Origin: Balamuthia mandrillaris | Taxonomy: Eukaryota | Length of the DNA: 64,000 nucleotides | Reading direction: 5' to 3' | Assembly (NCBI GenBank): GCA_031835245.2 | Contig: JAVKOQ020000032.1 | Span: forward strand, 62,001-126,000 | Shown here: positions 29,130 to 43,177 of the stretch, one piece after another | How the letters are laid out: every line of letters begins with the position of its first letter | Numbering within the stretch: position 1 is the stretch's first letter | Made by a program: the position numbers and the translations under genes | The notes under the pieces: generated by a model | Seen by the model: the letters and a program-made list of their open reading frames with translations, nothing else | Told to the model about the DNA's origin: nothing | The model's database searches: none

Positions 29130-31340
29130 CCTTCAAACTGTGTCTTAATGAAGAACGAGTGAAAGAATTGAAGAAACAGTTTGAAGGACAAAAGATTTTG
29201 ATGGGTAGGGACCGTTTGGACCCAATAAAGGGTATTCCTCACAAACTTTTGGCATTGGAGGACTTTTTCGAACGATATCCTGAATGGCAGGGCAAAGTGG
29301 TTCTCTTTCAAGTGTGCTTGCCTCCTCGTTTCAACACTTTGGCTCAAAATGATGCTCAGGAACTGTCTTCACAAATCAACGAGTATGTGTCTTTTTGGTT
29401 TCTTTGCTTGTTGTCAGTTTTTCTTTGTCAGTTATTAATACGGAAACAACAGGCTAGTAGGAAAGATAAACGGCAAATACAGCAGCGCCGACTTTACTCC
29501 CATTCACTACCTCCATCAACACCTTCCCATCACCGAAGTTTGCGCTCTCTACACGGCCGCTGATGTTGCACTGCTCACGCCTCTCCGCGATGGCATGAAC
29601 CTCACGTGCGCATCTTCCTTTATCTTTGTTATTTAAATATCTTTTTCTGTGCTTTTTCTCACAAACCAGCTATACAGTTCACACGAATATGTAACTTGCC
29701 AACGGGACAATCATGGCCCGCTCATCCTCTCTGAGTTTGCTGGCTCTGCTCAAAGCCTCGGCGGTGCCGTCCTTGTCAACCCATGGGATACCAAAGGCGT
29801 CGCCACCGCAATACATCAGGCGCTCCTCATGTCCGAAACTGAAAGAAAGTTGAAGCACGAGTACAACTATCGTTACATCAAAAGGAACACGGCTTTGCTT
29901 TGGGGCAAGACCTTCCTAGGAGAGTTGATGCGGTTGGAGCGGTTCTCCAAGGTGCCTCCTCTGAACTTTGATGACGTAGTGAGCAAGTATCAGAGCTGCA
30001 GAGAAGGAAAGAAGCGCTTGTTCTTACTGGACTATGATGGCACGTTAACGCCCATCGTGAAGAACCCGGTGGATGCTGTGCCGTCGCCTCGCTTGGTGGA
30101 GGCCTTGCGCCGATTGTGCGATGATCCAAAGAACATCGTTTACGTGATAAGTGGCAGAGACAGGGATTTCTTGCAACAGTGGTTGGGATACTTGCCCATC
30201 GGACTTAGTTGCGAGCATGGGCTGTTCTTCCGACCTTATGGAGGAGGGAGGAGAAGAGGAAGTGGTAGTGAGATTGCAGATGGTAATGAAGATGGAGAAG
30301 ACGGAGGAAACAATAATGCCGAGTGGGAGGATTTGTTGAGTGGAATGGAGTTCTCTTGGAAGGACGTGGTTTTGCCTATTTTGGAGGATTATACCGAGCG
30401 TACTCCTGGTTTGTCCTCTATCTCTCTTTCTCTTTCTTCAAGTTTCTGTCTTTTCTGCTGAACCAAACATTAACGAAACCAACTTGCAACAGGTTCCATG
30501 ATCGAAACCAAAGAGGTTAACCTGGCTTGGCACTACCGCTGCGCTGAGGCCGACTTTGCCTCCTTCCAAGCAAAAGAGCTTGTGGTACACTTGCAAAACG
30601 TTGCCTCCAAGCTTCCCATCGAAATTCTTTTGGGGAAGAAAGCGATTGAGATTCGCCCTCAAAACGTTAACAAAGGAGCGACAGTGAGGAAGATACTCTC
30701 ACGCCACCCGTTGCCCGACTTTATACTTTGTTTGGGAGATGATCGTACGGATGAAGACATGTTTATGGCGTTGCACGGTGCTCTTGGTGCTGATGAGAAA
30801 ACTTCGTAAGTTGTTTTCCTTTGTTGTGTTTTGTTGTTTTGTTTTAACGTTTGTTATAACGACAAAAACAGTCACTCTTTTGATGATGAAAACGAACCAA
30901 TCGAAGGTAGCCCCGAACAGGAACTTGCAACAGCATCTGCTCAAAACGAACAACAGCAAAAAGAAGACGACCAAACAGAGAGAAGAATGCAAGTCGAGGA
31001 AGAAGAGGAAAATAACGATGACGACGATGATGATGACGACGACGACGATGAAAGCAGACACAAACTTGTAGATCCCCAACACTGCGCTTGCTTCACGTGC
31101 GTGGTCAACAAACAAGACTCTCAAGCCAAGTACTTTATCCCCAACCAGAAACAAGCGTTGTCGTTGTTGAAACTTTTGAGCAGAAACGGAAAGAAAGAAG
31201 AGACCCCACAACTATCTCGCCGTCACCATCCTCATTCCCATGCTGGTGCATCATCGCACAAGAGCGGGGTGACCAAGCAAGACCCTCGTTTGTCACCCAT
31301 CGAGAGCCATGATGGTGTCATCGAACAAATGATGGAATAA
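27388..31340 (+). CDS. Trehalose-6-phosphate synthase/phosphatase fusion (GT20 + HAD TPP), multi-exon
   Basis: IWIHDYHL, IGFFSHTPFPTSEIFR, ADLIGFQT, DRLDPIKGIP, RDGMNL, LILSEFAG, VNPWD; TPP motifs LLDYDGTL, ISGR, GDDRTDEDMF. Confidence 0.95.
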
Positions 31341-31617
31341 ACGCCTTCTGTCCCTATCACTCTAGCTTTTTTTCTTCTTCTTTGCTTGGCTAAACTAGTA
31401 CTGGGTTGAGAGGTCAGACACGGAGGAAGGCATGGCGGACCCATTCCACTTAACTGCAAACCAACAAACACCAAGCATGAAGGCATAAGGCACGAGAGAT
31501 AGATCCATCTTCTCCCTTTTGCTAACGGTTACGAACGTGGAGCTTTATTGACTGTTCTCTGTGTAAACATGCTCCTGCACATTCGCGTCCTATCGTGGCC
31601 GTTGAGGCCTGCAAGGC

Positions 31618-32484
31618 TCAATAAAACCCTTTTTGTCTCTTTGCGGCTTTCTTCTTTTCCTTCTCCTCCCTCTTCAAGGCCTTTTCCTTCTCCTTGGCGG
31701 CTTTCTTCTCCGCCTTCCGGGCGGCCTTCTCTCGCTTGGCTTTCTCCCTGTTGCGAGCCGCCTCCACTCTCGTTCCTTCGGTGAACCGATCCTGGAACTC
31801 CTCCCAAATGGCATCTTCCTCGATGAGGTAAGGATAGTGCATGTCGGCTTTGTAGGTCTTGGTGGCTGCGTGCCTAACTCCAAGGAAGATGACGCCTCCG
31901 ATGATGAGGCCGCCGACGAAGAAGCCGGTCACCATCCAGGGGGAGCGCCAAGCCTTTGAGGCGTTGGTGTGGGGATAGATGTAGGTGGTGGCTCCCTTTG
32001 TTTCCACTCGACAATAGTAGCGACCGCGGGTGTAGTGCGGGTGAACTATTGATGTAACGTTCTGGCATAGGTTCGGCAGGTCGTCCACGCACTTCGTTAT
32101 TGCTAGTCTCCTGTTTGACGCCAAAGAGAGCACCACTTGTGAGGAGCAAGTAAAGACAAAAAGAACAAGAAAGAAGGCGGTGGGAGGCCAAAGCGTAAAG
32201 GCTCACTTTAGAGTTGCGTTGGACTTGAGGTACAGCTCTATGCCCTCATCGTTCTTCCACTCCCAATCCTCGGCAACGTAGGCGGTGATGTCGGTCCATT
32301 TGTCGAGGTCCACCACGGTCCTTGTGCGACGATTTCCTTTGGAGTCCGTGTATGACTCCGTGTGCTGTGCGTGCTGGTGCACATAAGTTGCCGGTGTAGA
32401 GGCGTTAAGGGTTGCAAACTCCAGAACTGCTGCTCTTCATTCATTTAAGTTAAAAAACAATATAGAAAGAAGGTGGGAACAGAG

Positions 32485-32535
<51 letters not shown>

Positions 32536-32699
32536 CACAAGAAAGAAAGTTACTCTGAATTGAGGCGACTATCAAAGGTAGCTTTCTGGCCGGACAGCCC
32601 TTTCTTCACCTTGAACTCCGCAGCGGCCGCTTCCTCCTCCGCCGTCACGCTCCGCTTTTCCTTCTCCCTCCTTCCCGTATTCTTCGCCGTGAACATCAT
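31618..32699 (-). CDS. Hypothetical single-pass membrane protein, 3 exons
   Basis: Exons MMFTAKNTG..., ...HTESYTDSKGNRRTRTVVDLDKW... and ...WMVTGFFVGGLIIGGVIFLGV (TM) plus a K/E-rich tail, separated by GT-AG introns. Confidence 0.7.
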
Positions 32700-33003
32700 C
32701 TTGGTGTGCGCGTGTTTCTCTTTTCTCTCTTTTACAGTTAGATAAAGTAAATCATTGCATAACTAAACCGATATATAAAGCATGCGTTTCGGTAATTTGC
32801 GGAGAGACCATTCTCTTTCTTCCAAGAATTCTTGCGAAAGCTATATTGGCATAGTTTTCGGAAAAAAAAAAAAACACACGAGGCCAAAACCATCGGAAAG
32901 CTCCAAAACGCGTGACTTTCTAGGAACCCACCCTAATGGGAAAGGAAGCTCTCAGTTACAGACCTCAAAAAAACAAACAAACAACCAAACAAAAGCAAAC
33001 AAA

Positions 33004-33808
33004 ATGAACCAATATCAAATTCTGGGGCGCAGGTCCTCCCAACACAACACGCCTTCCAACTCCGACAATGAGGGAGAAGCAACTGCGGAAGACCTACCAC
33101 AATACGGAATGGAAGCACCCCAGGACGTAACGCTTTCCGTCCTGTAACGTTTTTGTTTGCCGTTGTCATTCACTTCTATTAACTTTTTTCACCTGTTTTA
33201 TATCTTTCGTTCTCCAACAATAAGGAGCACCTGGACATCCAGGAGAATGTTGGTTTACTCGGGGGACAGGAAGGTGTTTATCTTGCGCCCTCACTTTCGT
33301 TTTGGGTTGGTCGACGGTATAGACTGGACGCTCTGTGACGCCGCCGGCGGAGAAGAGAACGTGTTGGCCCGTGCCAGGCGCTGCTCCAGCTGGTATTCCA
33401 TTACAGGGGCCATGTGGGAGGTCAGGCAAGGAGGGAAAGATGAGCCGCCCGTTGCCAACATCACGGTGAGCTGTTCTGTGTGTTTTCATTTCGTGCTCCT
33501 CGTTTCCAACAATAATAACAAAACAACAACAGTATAAACGCAACAGCAGCACATGGCGGGTCGAGTTCATGGGTGACAACGAAGTGAGTGAGTGCCTCAC
33601 CGTCGTACACAAAACAGACCAAGCCGCTTTCTTTCCCATCATGAAACGCGGAGCAGAAGTGGCCCGGTTCACCAAAAGGACCCGGGACAACAGGCGACAT
33701 CGGTATGACGTGTGGGTCAAGCAAGGAGAACCGTTGTGGGTGATCCTCCTGTTGTACTCTCTTCTCAAGAATCGGAGTGATCTAGGTAGGCGGCCCGACG
33801 GTTGCTAA
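33004..33808 (+). CDS. LURP-one/Tubby-C-like (scramblase-fold) protein, 3 exons
   Basis: VLARARRCSSWYS...WEVRQGGKDEPPVANIT; VARFTKR...YDVWVKQGEPLWVILLLYSLL. Same motifs and intron positions as the three paralogs at 48.6-54.0 kb. Fold assignment is inferred from the beta-strand pattern and terminal hydrophobic helix. Confidence 0.65.
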
Positions 33809-33886
33809 GCCCTGCTCCTTTCTGTTCGTTTGTACAAAAGAGCCAGTGGCAGAGAAAGGAGGAAAGTTTATAGATACCAAATGAAC

Positions 33887-36800
33887 TCATGTTTCTTTTT
33901 CTTTTTCCTTTTCTTCCTTATAGTCTTCTCCATCGTCCTCCTCATAGCCTGCATTGCGCCGCATCATTTGCTCTTGATAAGCGTTTGCGGTGGCCACAAA
34001 GGCACGCAACCAGACGTCCTTCTCAGGGGCAGCCGGGAACTTGACGCAAAGCAACCTCCCATCCGAACAAGTGAATTTCACGACGTTGCGATGCTCTATC
34101 GCCTCGTCGATGGAGACCACCTCTTCCAATGGAATGTAATGCCCGAACCACAGCTTCCGTTTCGCTTCTTCCTCTTCGTTGTATTCTTCTTCATCCTCAT
34201 CCTCGTCTTCTTGGTGTTGCTTTGCCGAAGGAGACGTGGGCCTACGAACGGATAACTCCCCAGAAGACATTGAAGTGATCTTTTGTTTGTCCGTGGAACG
34301 AAGAGCTTCCGTTCTCTTCATTGATGCCGATGAGGACGAGGATGCAGACGCAGTGGTGTTGATGAGGGTGCCATATTGAGAGATGGATCTTCGGGTGAGC
34401 GTTGGAAAGCGTTCTTTCAGCTTTTGTTGTTGTCGCTGTTGCGCTTGGCTCTTCTTTGCGGTGGTGGTAAGAATGGCATCGCCCAACAAATGCAGCTGTC
34501 CATCCTCGTGAATGCGACGGTCATCCACCAGTTGGACCGATGCTTCGCATACATAGCGTCTTCCAGGCCACAACAAAGTCAACAGGTCCTTGTGTAGTTG
34601 TGGTTGTGAGAAAAGAGACAGAGAAGAGACAGGAGTAGCAAGAGAAGTCCTGAGAACGAGAGAAAGCAACGGAAGAGCGTACTGTTGGAATGCTGAACAA
34701 GCTTTGTTGGAGGTGCAAAAGCTTCAAGAAGGAGTGTCTCGGGTCGGCCGCAGCGGAAGCAGAGAAGAGCTCCGAGGAGAGCTCCTCCTGAGAACGTCGT
34801 TGTCGTCTCGTGTAAATGAAGGCGCTGCTGTCGGCCAAGCTCCTTATCATGCCTTGTTGGATTCTGTTGCTCAGCTCGTTGGTCAAGGCCTGCAAACGAA
34901 GCACCAGCTTGCTCAGCTGGGCACAGTCTGGATGGTCCGGCCACGTCCATCGCAACAATTCCTTTTATTTAAAGAAAGAGGAGAGTAAACAAACGAGCAA
35001 GAATGCCAAAGACAGGATGGTACCTCGTAGGTGGTGGTCATCGCAACCGAGTGTTGAATAGGGAGCAAAAGCAAGCTTTCCAGGGTCAGGCCCTCACATT
35101 GGAACTCTTTGGATAGCATCTTTTGTTTTTTACATGAGAGAAGAGAGAAAAAGTCTACGTCAAGCTTCGCTTGAGAGAAGAGAAGGACAGAGAAGAGCGA
35201 GGACGAACCTGAATGAATTGATCAAAGGTCTTATCGGTCATACAGTCCCTTAGAACGAACACAGCTGTGTCATAGTTCTCAATGTATTCCTCGTATGCTG
35301 CAAAGAGATCAGGCTGTTGTTTTTATATGCGTGAGAAGCGCCCACAACAAGACTTGACAAAGAGAGAAGCAGAAAGACGAACCAAGGCGTTAAAACAAGC
35401 AGCAATGCTCTGAGCATGCGACCATCTCTCCATGATTCTATGCTTTAGAGCAGTCCACAACAGCTTATGGTTGGCGAACAGCACGTTCAGGTTCAGGAAG
35501 ATGGAGTGAACCTCCTCGTCGGCTACGAACGGATGCGGAGAGCGTGCGATGAGCAGAAGGGGATGACGAAACTGTCGTATGACCACTTTGAGCAGTTCCA
35601 CGTATCTCTCTTCCAGCTCGAGAATGGAATGAACGATCTTTGTTCGTTGGTGTTGCAAATGTGCTGTTGGTCGAAATAAAGGTAAAAAGTAAGACTTCTT
35701 CTTCTTCTTCTGCTTCTTGTTAAAAGGAAGAAAGGAATACCTTTGATCTGGTTTCGAGAGGAACAGAGTGAAGAGAGAGACGAACGAAGTGTTTGCAGTC
35801 GAAGAGCCAACGAGCCAGAGGCAGTGGTAGATTGACTCGAGGAAGAGCCCAACAATTGTTCACGAAAGCTATTGGCGACATCCGATTCTCTTTCCTCACC
35901 GCCTCCCGTTGAAGACAAGTGAAGCAGCTCTGAAACGTCTGTCAATTCTTGTTCCGTTTCTTCACTATTGTTGGGGTATGCGTCTTCCTCTGCTTTCGCT
36001 GTTTCTTTTTCTTTCACTTTTTCTTTCCCTTCCTCTTGGTCTGATGAAGAAACAGAAGAGGATGACGAAGAAGACAATGAACTTGAAAACGCAATGGTGG
36101 CCGAGCCTTTTGGTTTGACCTCTTCTTCTTTTTCTTTTCCCGTTTCCTTCTCTTTCATCTTTGCAGCAGCTTCGGCTTCCTCTTCTGTTTTCTCTTCCTC
36201 ACCGTCGTCTTCAGCTTCCGTTTCCTCTTCTTTTTTCTCTTGCTCCGTGACTGAGATGATGCTCCGCTGTTTGGCTGAATGGGAATGAGACAAGCTTCCA
36301 TTCATGGAGACCGAAGAAGACGAACTGGAAGCTTTGGCAGTGTTCGTTGAAGAGTTTGAAGCTTTGATGCTAGTTCTTGTGCTTCTACTCTTGCTTTCTT
36401 TGCCTTGAGTGGTGTTGCTCGACCATTCGGTCGAGTCAAAGTAAACATCTTCGTTCAGGTCCAGAAAGATGGACTTCTTCTCGGCCAAAGCGATGATATG
36501 CTTCTTCAGCTTCTCCTTTTCCTTCTCCTCCTTTTCCATCTTCTTCTTTGCTTTCTCCAGCTGATGGGCTTCCTTTTTGTTTTGGGAAGGAGGAGAGTTG
36601 AGTCCTTCATCGTGACTCTTTGCCTTCCACAATCCGAATAAACCGATCGACTTTCTCCTCTCGTTGGTGACGGCTGTGGTGGTGGTGGGTCGAACGATGA
36701 TGTTGTTGCTTTCTTGTTCTTTTGCTTTCTTGTGGTGGTGCTTATGCTGTTGATGTTTCTTTTTGAGAGAGCTTGGAGAAGAGGAAGACTTTCTAGGGCT

Positions 36801-39800
36801 CAGCTTTCGAACCAAGTTAGTCAAAAAGAATCCCGACCTCGACTCTTTCTCTTCTCTGGCTCGTTGTTTTCTTCCTTCTTCTCCTGTCCCTGTTCTTCCT
36901 CCTTCTGTAGCATTTTTTTTCTCCCCTCTTGGTTGTTCTTCTCCTTCTTCATTGAACAAGTCATCGACAAGTCCAACGGACCGGTTGCTGTTGTTATTCT
37001 CCTTTCGTTTCTCGTCTGCCCACCGTTTCCTCCTTCTGCTTCGTCGATTGGCTTCGCTCTCCAGCTCTGAGCCTTTGAATGACTTCCTTCTCAACGATGC
37101 TGTTCCTCGAATGCTGCCATAGCCATCCACCGAGTCATCATCCTCTGTCTCTTCTCCGTCTTTCTCTTTCTCTTTGCCTTTTTCCTTCTCATCTTCCTCT
37201 TCCTTGGCAATGGAAGAGCTTCGAGAGCGAGTGCTGCCTCGTCCACGTTTCTCCTCCAACAAAGAAAGCTCGATGTCCATCAACAAAAGGCTGTCCTCTT
37301 CTCCGCTCTTTGTGCCACGTCGAAGCTTTCTCTCCGTGGCTTGTTTCTCTCTCCATTCTTGTTCCTCCTCTTCTCCCCATGCAAAGTTTACTCCCGTTGC
37401 GTTTGTCTTTTTCTTCTTTCTCGTTCCTTCTTCTCTTTGTTCTTCTTTGCTGTTTCCAGTAACTTCATTCCTTTTAATGGCTGATGAGGAGGTTGTCCGT
37501 TTGCTTGTTTGTTGTTCTTCTCCAGTCACTGCTTCCTCTTCCTCATCATCCACCAGTTCTTTTGCTTTCTTCTTTTCTCCTTTCTGTGTTGAAGCAGATG
37601 ATTGTATCCAAACAGAGTTTGGTCGAGCCGACTTTGGAGAAAGGCTGCTCCTCCTGGATCCGTTTTGTTGTTCGTGTTTCTGTTGTTCGTTATATCTTTC
37701 CATTTGGCTTCGAGTTGGAGTGCATTCAATCGTCATCGATGTCGGTCGTTTCTTTTTCTTCTTTGTTGTTGTTTTCTTTTTGGTCTTCTTCTTCCTTGTT
37801 TTCTTCGTTGTCGATGCATCGGCTTCTGCCTCTTCTTTTCTCTCCTCTCCATTGTGTTTTGCTTCCTTCATGCGTTTCTTCTCCTCTTGGTGCAGTTTTT
37901 GCACGTTTTGAAGAAACCCTTTCCTCCAGGTTCGAAGACGCTGATTCAGCCCCATCTTTATCAGGTCCTCTTCGCTCAGCCTTGTCAACCTCTCCCCATC
38001 GACCTTGTGCTGCTGAAAGAGCGGGGCAAAGGCGGCCATGTCCTGCTCGAAAAGCCATTTAGCCACCTCTTCGACGCTCCATTCCTGGACCTTTTTGTTG
38101 TTGTTGATGTTGGCTGAGATGAGTTGGTGTTGTTTGTTGTTACTCGCACGAAGACTCAAGCGCCGAGCAAGAGGCTTTTTCGTCGCTTTCTTCTTTTTCG
38201 CCTTCTTCTTCTTGCCGTTCGGGTCTTCCTGTTGTTCTCCTGTAGTCGTTGTTGGAGATTGTTTCCGGCTCCTTCGAGGAGAGGTGGCAGTGACCATTTT
38301 GACTAACTCTGCCAGCTCTTCCTCCGAGTTCAACTCGTTTTGTTGCTGCTGCTTTGAAAAACTTGATGCTCTCGATCTCGTCGAAGCACTAGCCTTCTCG
38401 TTCTCCGGTTCCTTCGTCGTTTCTTCTCTCTTTTCGTTATTGGGAGTTGCGTTTGTTTCAATCTTCTCTTTTCCTTTCTCTTGTTGCTGTTGCTTGCTCT
38501 CTTTCTTTTGTCGTTTCTTGTTTAGGTTCTTTCCGCTGAGAATCCTCGTTAAAGCTCCACTATGTCTCTTCTTATGTTCTTTCTCCTCTCCTCCTTCTCT
38601 CTCCTTCTCATCCTCTATCTCTTGTTCTCGTTCTTCTTCTTCCACCATTTGTTGGCGTTGTTGCGACATCAGCACCTCTACGGATTGAATGGCTTTCTCG
38701 ATCTGAGCCAGGCGATGGAGCAGGTGTCGTCTGTCTCGTTCGTTCAAGTTGTGAACCTGTACCATTTTGTCGGAGGAAAAGGTGTTGTCTTTGTTGCTTA
38801 AACAATCCAACTCTTCTTTAACTTTTGTGTGTTTAATGTTAGAATGAGGAAGGAAGAAAGAAGAACAAAGGAAGACGGAAGAAGGAAGAAAGGAAAACGT
38901 TACCAGGAACCGAAACGTTGTGCAGAGCAAAACACATGTTGGCAAACAACGCTTTGTTGTAGCTGGGCAGGGCTTGGATTCGAGACAAGGCCTCCTGGAG
39001 ACGCTCCCTTCCTTTCGCCATCTGACATTGTCGTCTGCAATCCTCGTGAGTGGCCCAAATGGAGAGAAGCCGAGCCGCCTCGTAACGCAAACGCACGGAT
39101 GGGCTAGTCAAGAGATGGTCCATCACCTTGGTGATTCCTGAATGTTCTGTTATAGCTTCCAATACCTCATCTAGTGTTTTTGTTTAGGAGATATGAGAAA
39201 GAAAGAGAAAAGATAAAAGAGAAAGAGAACGAAACCATCGAGAGAAATGTTTTCGAGGGTGATAGCCGCAAAGATCTTCAATAACCGACTGTTCTCCAGC
39301 AACGTATGATAAAGTGTCTGCTCTTCCTCCTTCAAACTTTCTTTTTCCACAGAACTGCTTTCGCTGGTCTCCTCTCCTTCGTCATCCGTTGAAGCTTTGT
39401 TCTTTGACAGTAGCGACCGTGCATCGCTATAGCTTGGTTCTGGCTCGCATAACAGCTCGAGCAGGCATGCGATGCTCGTCTCTGCAAACTCTGACACATT
39501 CTCCGCCTTTGCTGAACATATATAAACAGCATAAGAAAGAGAAAGCAAAAGGACTTGAAAGAATGAAAGCAAATAACAAACCAGAGATGGAAAGGTTGGC
39601 AATAACTTTGACGGCTTCCACGCGCACGATGGATATATGCGTACGTGCGTTGCCATAAAGCAATCGCAGCAACTCGTGAAGTCCTCCCGTTTGTATTATA
39701 TCGTCCCTCAGCGAAGCTACAACCATTTTGTTATCACAAGTGACGAAGCAGCAAAGGCAAAAGAAGAAGAGAAGAAGATAAAGAACAGGAAGAAGAAAAG

Positions 39801-42800
39801 AATACATACGATAATAAGCAGATAAGCAGAACAAAGATGTGAGAGCGTTGTATTGAATGCGTGGCTTCTTGGCATGAACCAACCGAAGAAGGGTTAACAC
39901 TCCTCCTAAACTTCTTATTTGTTCATGGCTTTGCACTATAACGTGTCATTTTTGAAAGGAAAACAACAAGAGTTAGTTGATATATCAACAAAAAGGAAGC
40001 CGAAGAAGAATATAGTAGGAGGAAGGGAAGAGAGAACGTACTATGCATCAAAATGGCAGACAGGGCAAGTGCTGTTTTGGATTTCAGAGAAGGCGTGACA
40101 CGAGGATGCTGCAACAACTGCAAAAACAATGGCAAAGCTTGAGCACGTTCCAATTCTCGATAAACGTGTAAGCCTTTCTCTCCTTATTGTGTTTGATATG
40201 CAAAACGATATATGAAAGAGAGAAACTAAAAAACTGTCATTAAAAACAATGTATGTACCACCGCACAAAATGGTGAGCAAGCCAAGAGCATGCTGGACGA
40301 GGTCATGTGGAGCTGTTCCCAACACTCTCATCAGAGTGGATAATATGTTACACCGCAACAACTGTGCATGAAAAGTCTCTGCATCTGTTGTTGTTTTTGT
40401 TTTTGTTCAAAGTTAAAAAACAAGAAGGAAGGGTTCCGTGGTTGTTCTGTGGTCCAATCCTTGTGTTGAAGAAAACAGCGATGACGATGTTCTTTTGTTG
40501 ATGATGCTATCTTTGGATGAACCTTGCAAAAAGATAAAAAAGAAATGGAGAATGTACCTTTTGATTCTAACACGACAGTGAGTATAGCGATGGCATCTTC
40601 TTGAATCTTTGTCTCTTCGGTTATAGGCATGCTACCGTAGTTTGTTTGCGTTGATGAGTTTCTGTTATCGCTGTATTCCTCTTGAATATCGTCTACAGAA
40701 GAGGAGGAGAAGGATTGTGTTTCCAACAAATACTTGACTCTTTGTTCATCCAAAGGAGGAAGATACCACGGTTCAGTATCCAAAACTATCGAAGAAGAAG
40801 AAGAAGATGAAGACGAAGTCTTTAAGGCAGAGGAAGAAGAAAAGAGCGAAGTCGACGAAGATGGAGAAGTAGAGAGGGGATTCATCGTTAATAGAGAAGA
40901 TAACCGCTCCATGCCACCAGCTGTAACGAATTGAGCGCAGTTACGAGGATCATCCAGCAGAAGCGCTTCAACAACGGGAAGCACCAAAGACAAGATGTGC
41001 GTTGGCGTTTTGCGGCGAAGAAGGTTGGTAAGCGGCACCAGAAAGTTGCGTTCACCAATGATTTTGCTGTTCATTTCTGAAGTTTTTTGGTGTTTAAGTT
41101 AGTTTGTGAAAGAGCAGAGAGAGCAGAGAGAGCAGAGAGAGAGAAACCATCATTGGTAAGAACGGTGAGAATGATGAGCGAAGAGTGAAGCATGGAGCGA
41201 GGATGTTCATCAGCACGATCGTTTCTGTCTTTAAAATCGGGCGGCATTGAGAGAAACTCGAATAGAGGGCGGAGTCCACCCGCCGAGATAAACTCTCTTT
41301 GCTGTGTTTCTTTGAGCAGAAGTGAGAAAACAGACGAAGAACGAGGAGGAGCGAAAGGAGAAAAAGAATACCGAGAATCAACGTTTGAATAAGCAAAGGC
41401 ATGGCAAGGCTGCCAAATATAGGATGATACAACAAAGAGACTATTGCAGCAAAACAAGGACCCATCGCTGGAGAGAAGAAGGGTTGCACCGAAGGATTCA
41501 TGCGACTGAGTTCTGTAAGTAGCTATGAAGAAGAAGAAAATAAGCAGGGGAAGCAGAACAAAGAAGACGAAAGCGATAAGCAGTTATCATTCAAAAGAAC
41601 GTATTGCAGAGAAGGAACAAACCATTAGTAAGAGGTGTAACGTTTCTTCTTCAAGAAATGTGAATCGTTGTAGTAATAGGCCCAGTGCTTCTGTTCCTTT
41701 TGTCTCTCTGATCTTTTTACAATACAATCCTCCTTTTTCAAGCCAACAAACAAAAAAAACCATATAGGGTTAAGAGAGAAGAGAGAAGAGAGAAGAGAGA
41801 AGAGAGAAGAGAGAAGAGAGAAGAGAGAAGAGAGAAGAGAGAAGAGAGAAGAGAGAAGAGAGAAGAGAGAAGAGAGAAGAGAGAAGAGAGAAGAGAGAAG
41901 AGAGAAGAGAGAAGAGAGAAGAGAGAAGAGAGAGAAGTACCATGAAGAGAGTTCTCAGCAATGGAGAGCAAAGCAGTCAATGCTTGCTTCAGGAGCTCTC
42001 GAGAGTCCGTGGTGATGCAATAGGCCAGCACGGATACCAACGCTCTTATCACTCCGTTCTGTACAAGAGCACCATGATTCGTTTCTTTATCGTTTTATTG
42101 GTTAAAAACAAAACGTAAGCAACGGTTGAAAAGGAGAAAGGAAAGAATGAAGGAGAGCATACCGCTCTGACAAAGGCTGACAATAGCCCAAACCGAATAA
42201 ATACGAACGCCTGCCGTGTCATCGTTGAGCTGAGGCGCATCCCCTCCTCCACCGTTGGAAGCGTTGGCGGAGGTGCTCGTTGTTGTCGAAGATTGTTTCC
42301 AGAGTGTCTTTTGAACGAGCTTTCGCAACAGAGCGCTTTCTCGTATAACCTTCTCATTACGTGCTATAATAGAAAGAGAGAGAGAGAGAGCGAAGAGAGA
42401 GAAAGAGAAAGAGAAAGAGAAAGAGAAACGACGAAAGAGAAACGACGAAAGAGAAAGAAGAAAAAGAAATAAAAGAAAAAAAGAAAAGAGTAAGAAAAGA
42501 GAGTAAAAGAGAAAGGAATGAAGAGCATACCATCGGATAAAAGGTGTATCAATATTTTGATGACCTCTTCCACAAACTTGACATTCTTGGAGTGCAACAA
42601 TGCAATGACTTTCTCAAAGTCCGTTACTGTCATCGGCACTGTTATAGCACGCAAGCGTTTAACCATCGTTCATGTGAAGAGAAGAGAGAACGAGAGAACC
42701 AAGGAGAGGGAAAGAGAAAGCGAACCTTCTGAAATGGCCATCTCAGCAGCATAAAGGTTGTGAAGATGAAACCGCAGCTGCTCATCTTCCACAAACAGCG

Positions 42801-43177
42801 TAGCAACAGCACTTCTTGCAGCTGCTTTGTAGAAGCGAGGACATTAGTTTGATGGACCCAAAAGAAATATAAATAAAAAAATAGAACAAACTTTTGCTTT
42901 TGGCCAATTGTTGTTTCGGTGATAAAACTGGTTTGCAGCCGTTGCCATTCGTGTCTCTGTTCTCAGCGTAACTCCGTTGTTGTCGAAAGTGCGCTTGTGG
43001 TGGCTGTTGTGGGTTGGGTTGTGTCCTCGGTCCATGTGTTGTTGTTGTTGCTGTGGTCGCAGGGGAGCGGCGGTGCTTCGTCTTATTACTGCTATATGGT
43101 ACAAGAGTCTCTGCTTCTTTCACTTTTTCTTTGCCTTTGGCTCGCCGTTGCATATCTTGCGGCGTTCGACCTTCCAT
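33887..43177 (-). CDS. Large Armadillo-repeat/SAM/RhoGEF(DH)/PH protein, many exons
   Basis: ARM-like repeats (IRSLGGVLTLLRLV, IIQTGGLHELLRLL, AGGMERLSSLL); SAM VQEWSVEEVAKWL...FQQHKVDGERLTRLSEEDLIKMGL; DH RTKIVHSILELEERYVELLKVV, LESLLLLPIQ, TWPDHPD; terminal PH-like EKDVWLRAF. Confidence 0.8.
41774..41936. repeat. (AGAGAAG)n heptanucleotide tandem repeat, intronic
   Basis: Direct inspection; lies between GT and AG of a RhoGEF-gene intron. Confidence 0.9.

Noticed and set aside
41774..41936. Heptamer array as CRISPR or telomeric repeat
   Set aside because: No spacers; lies inside an intron and matches the general CT-rich intron pattern.
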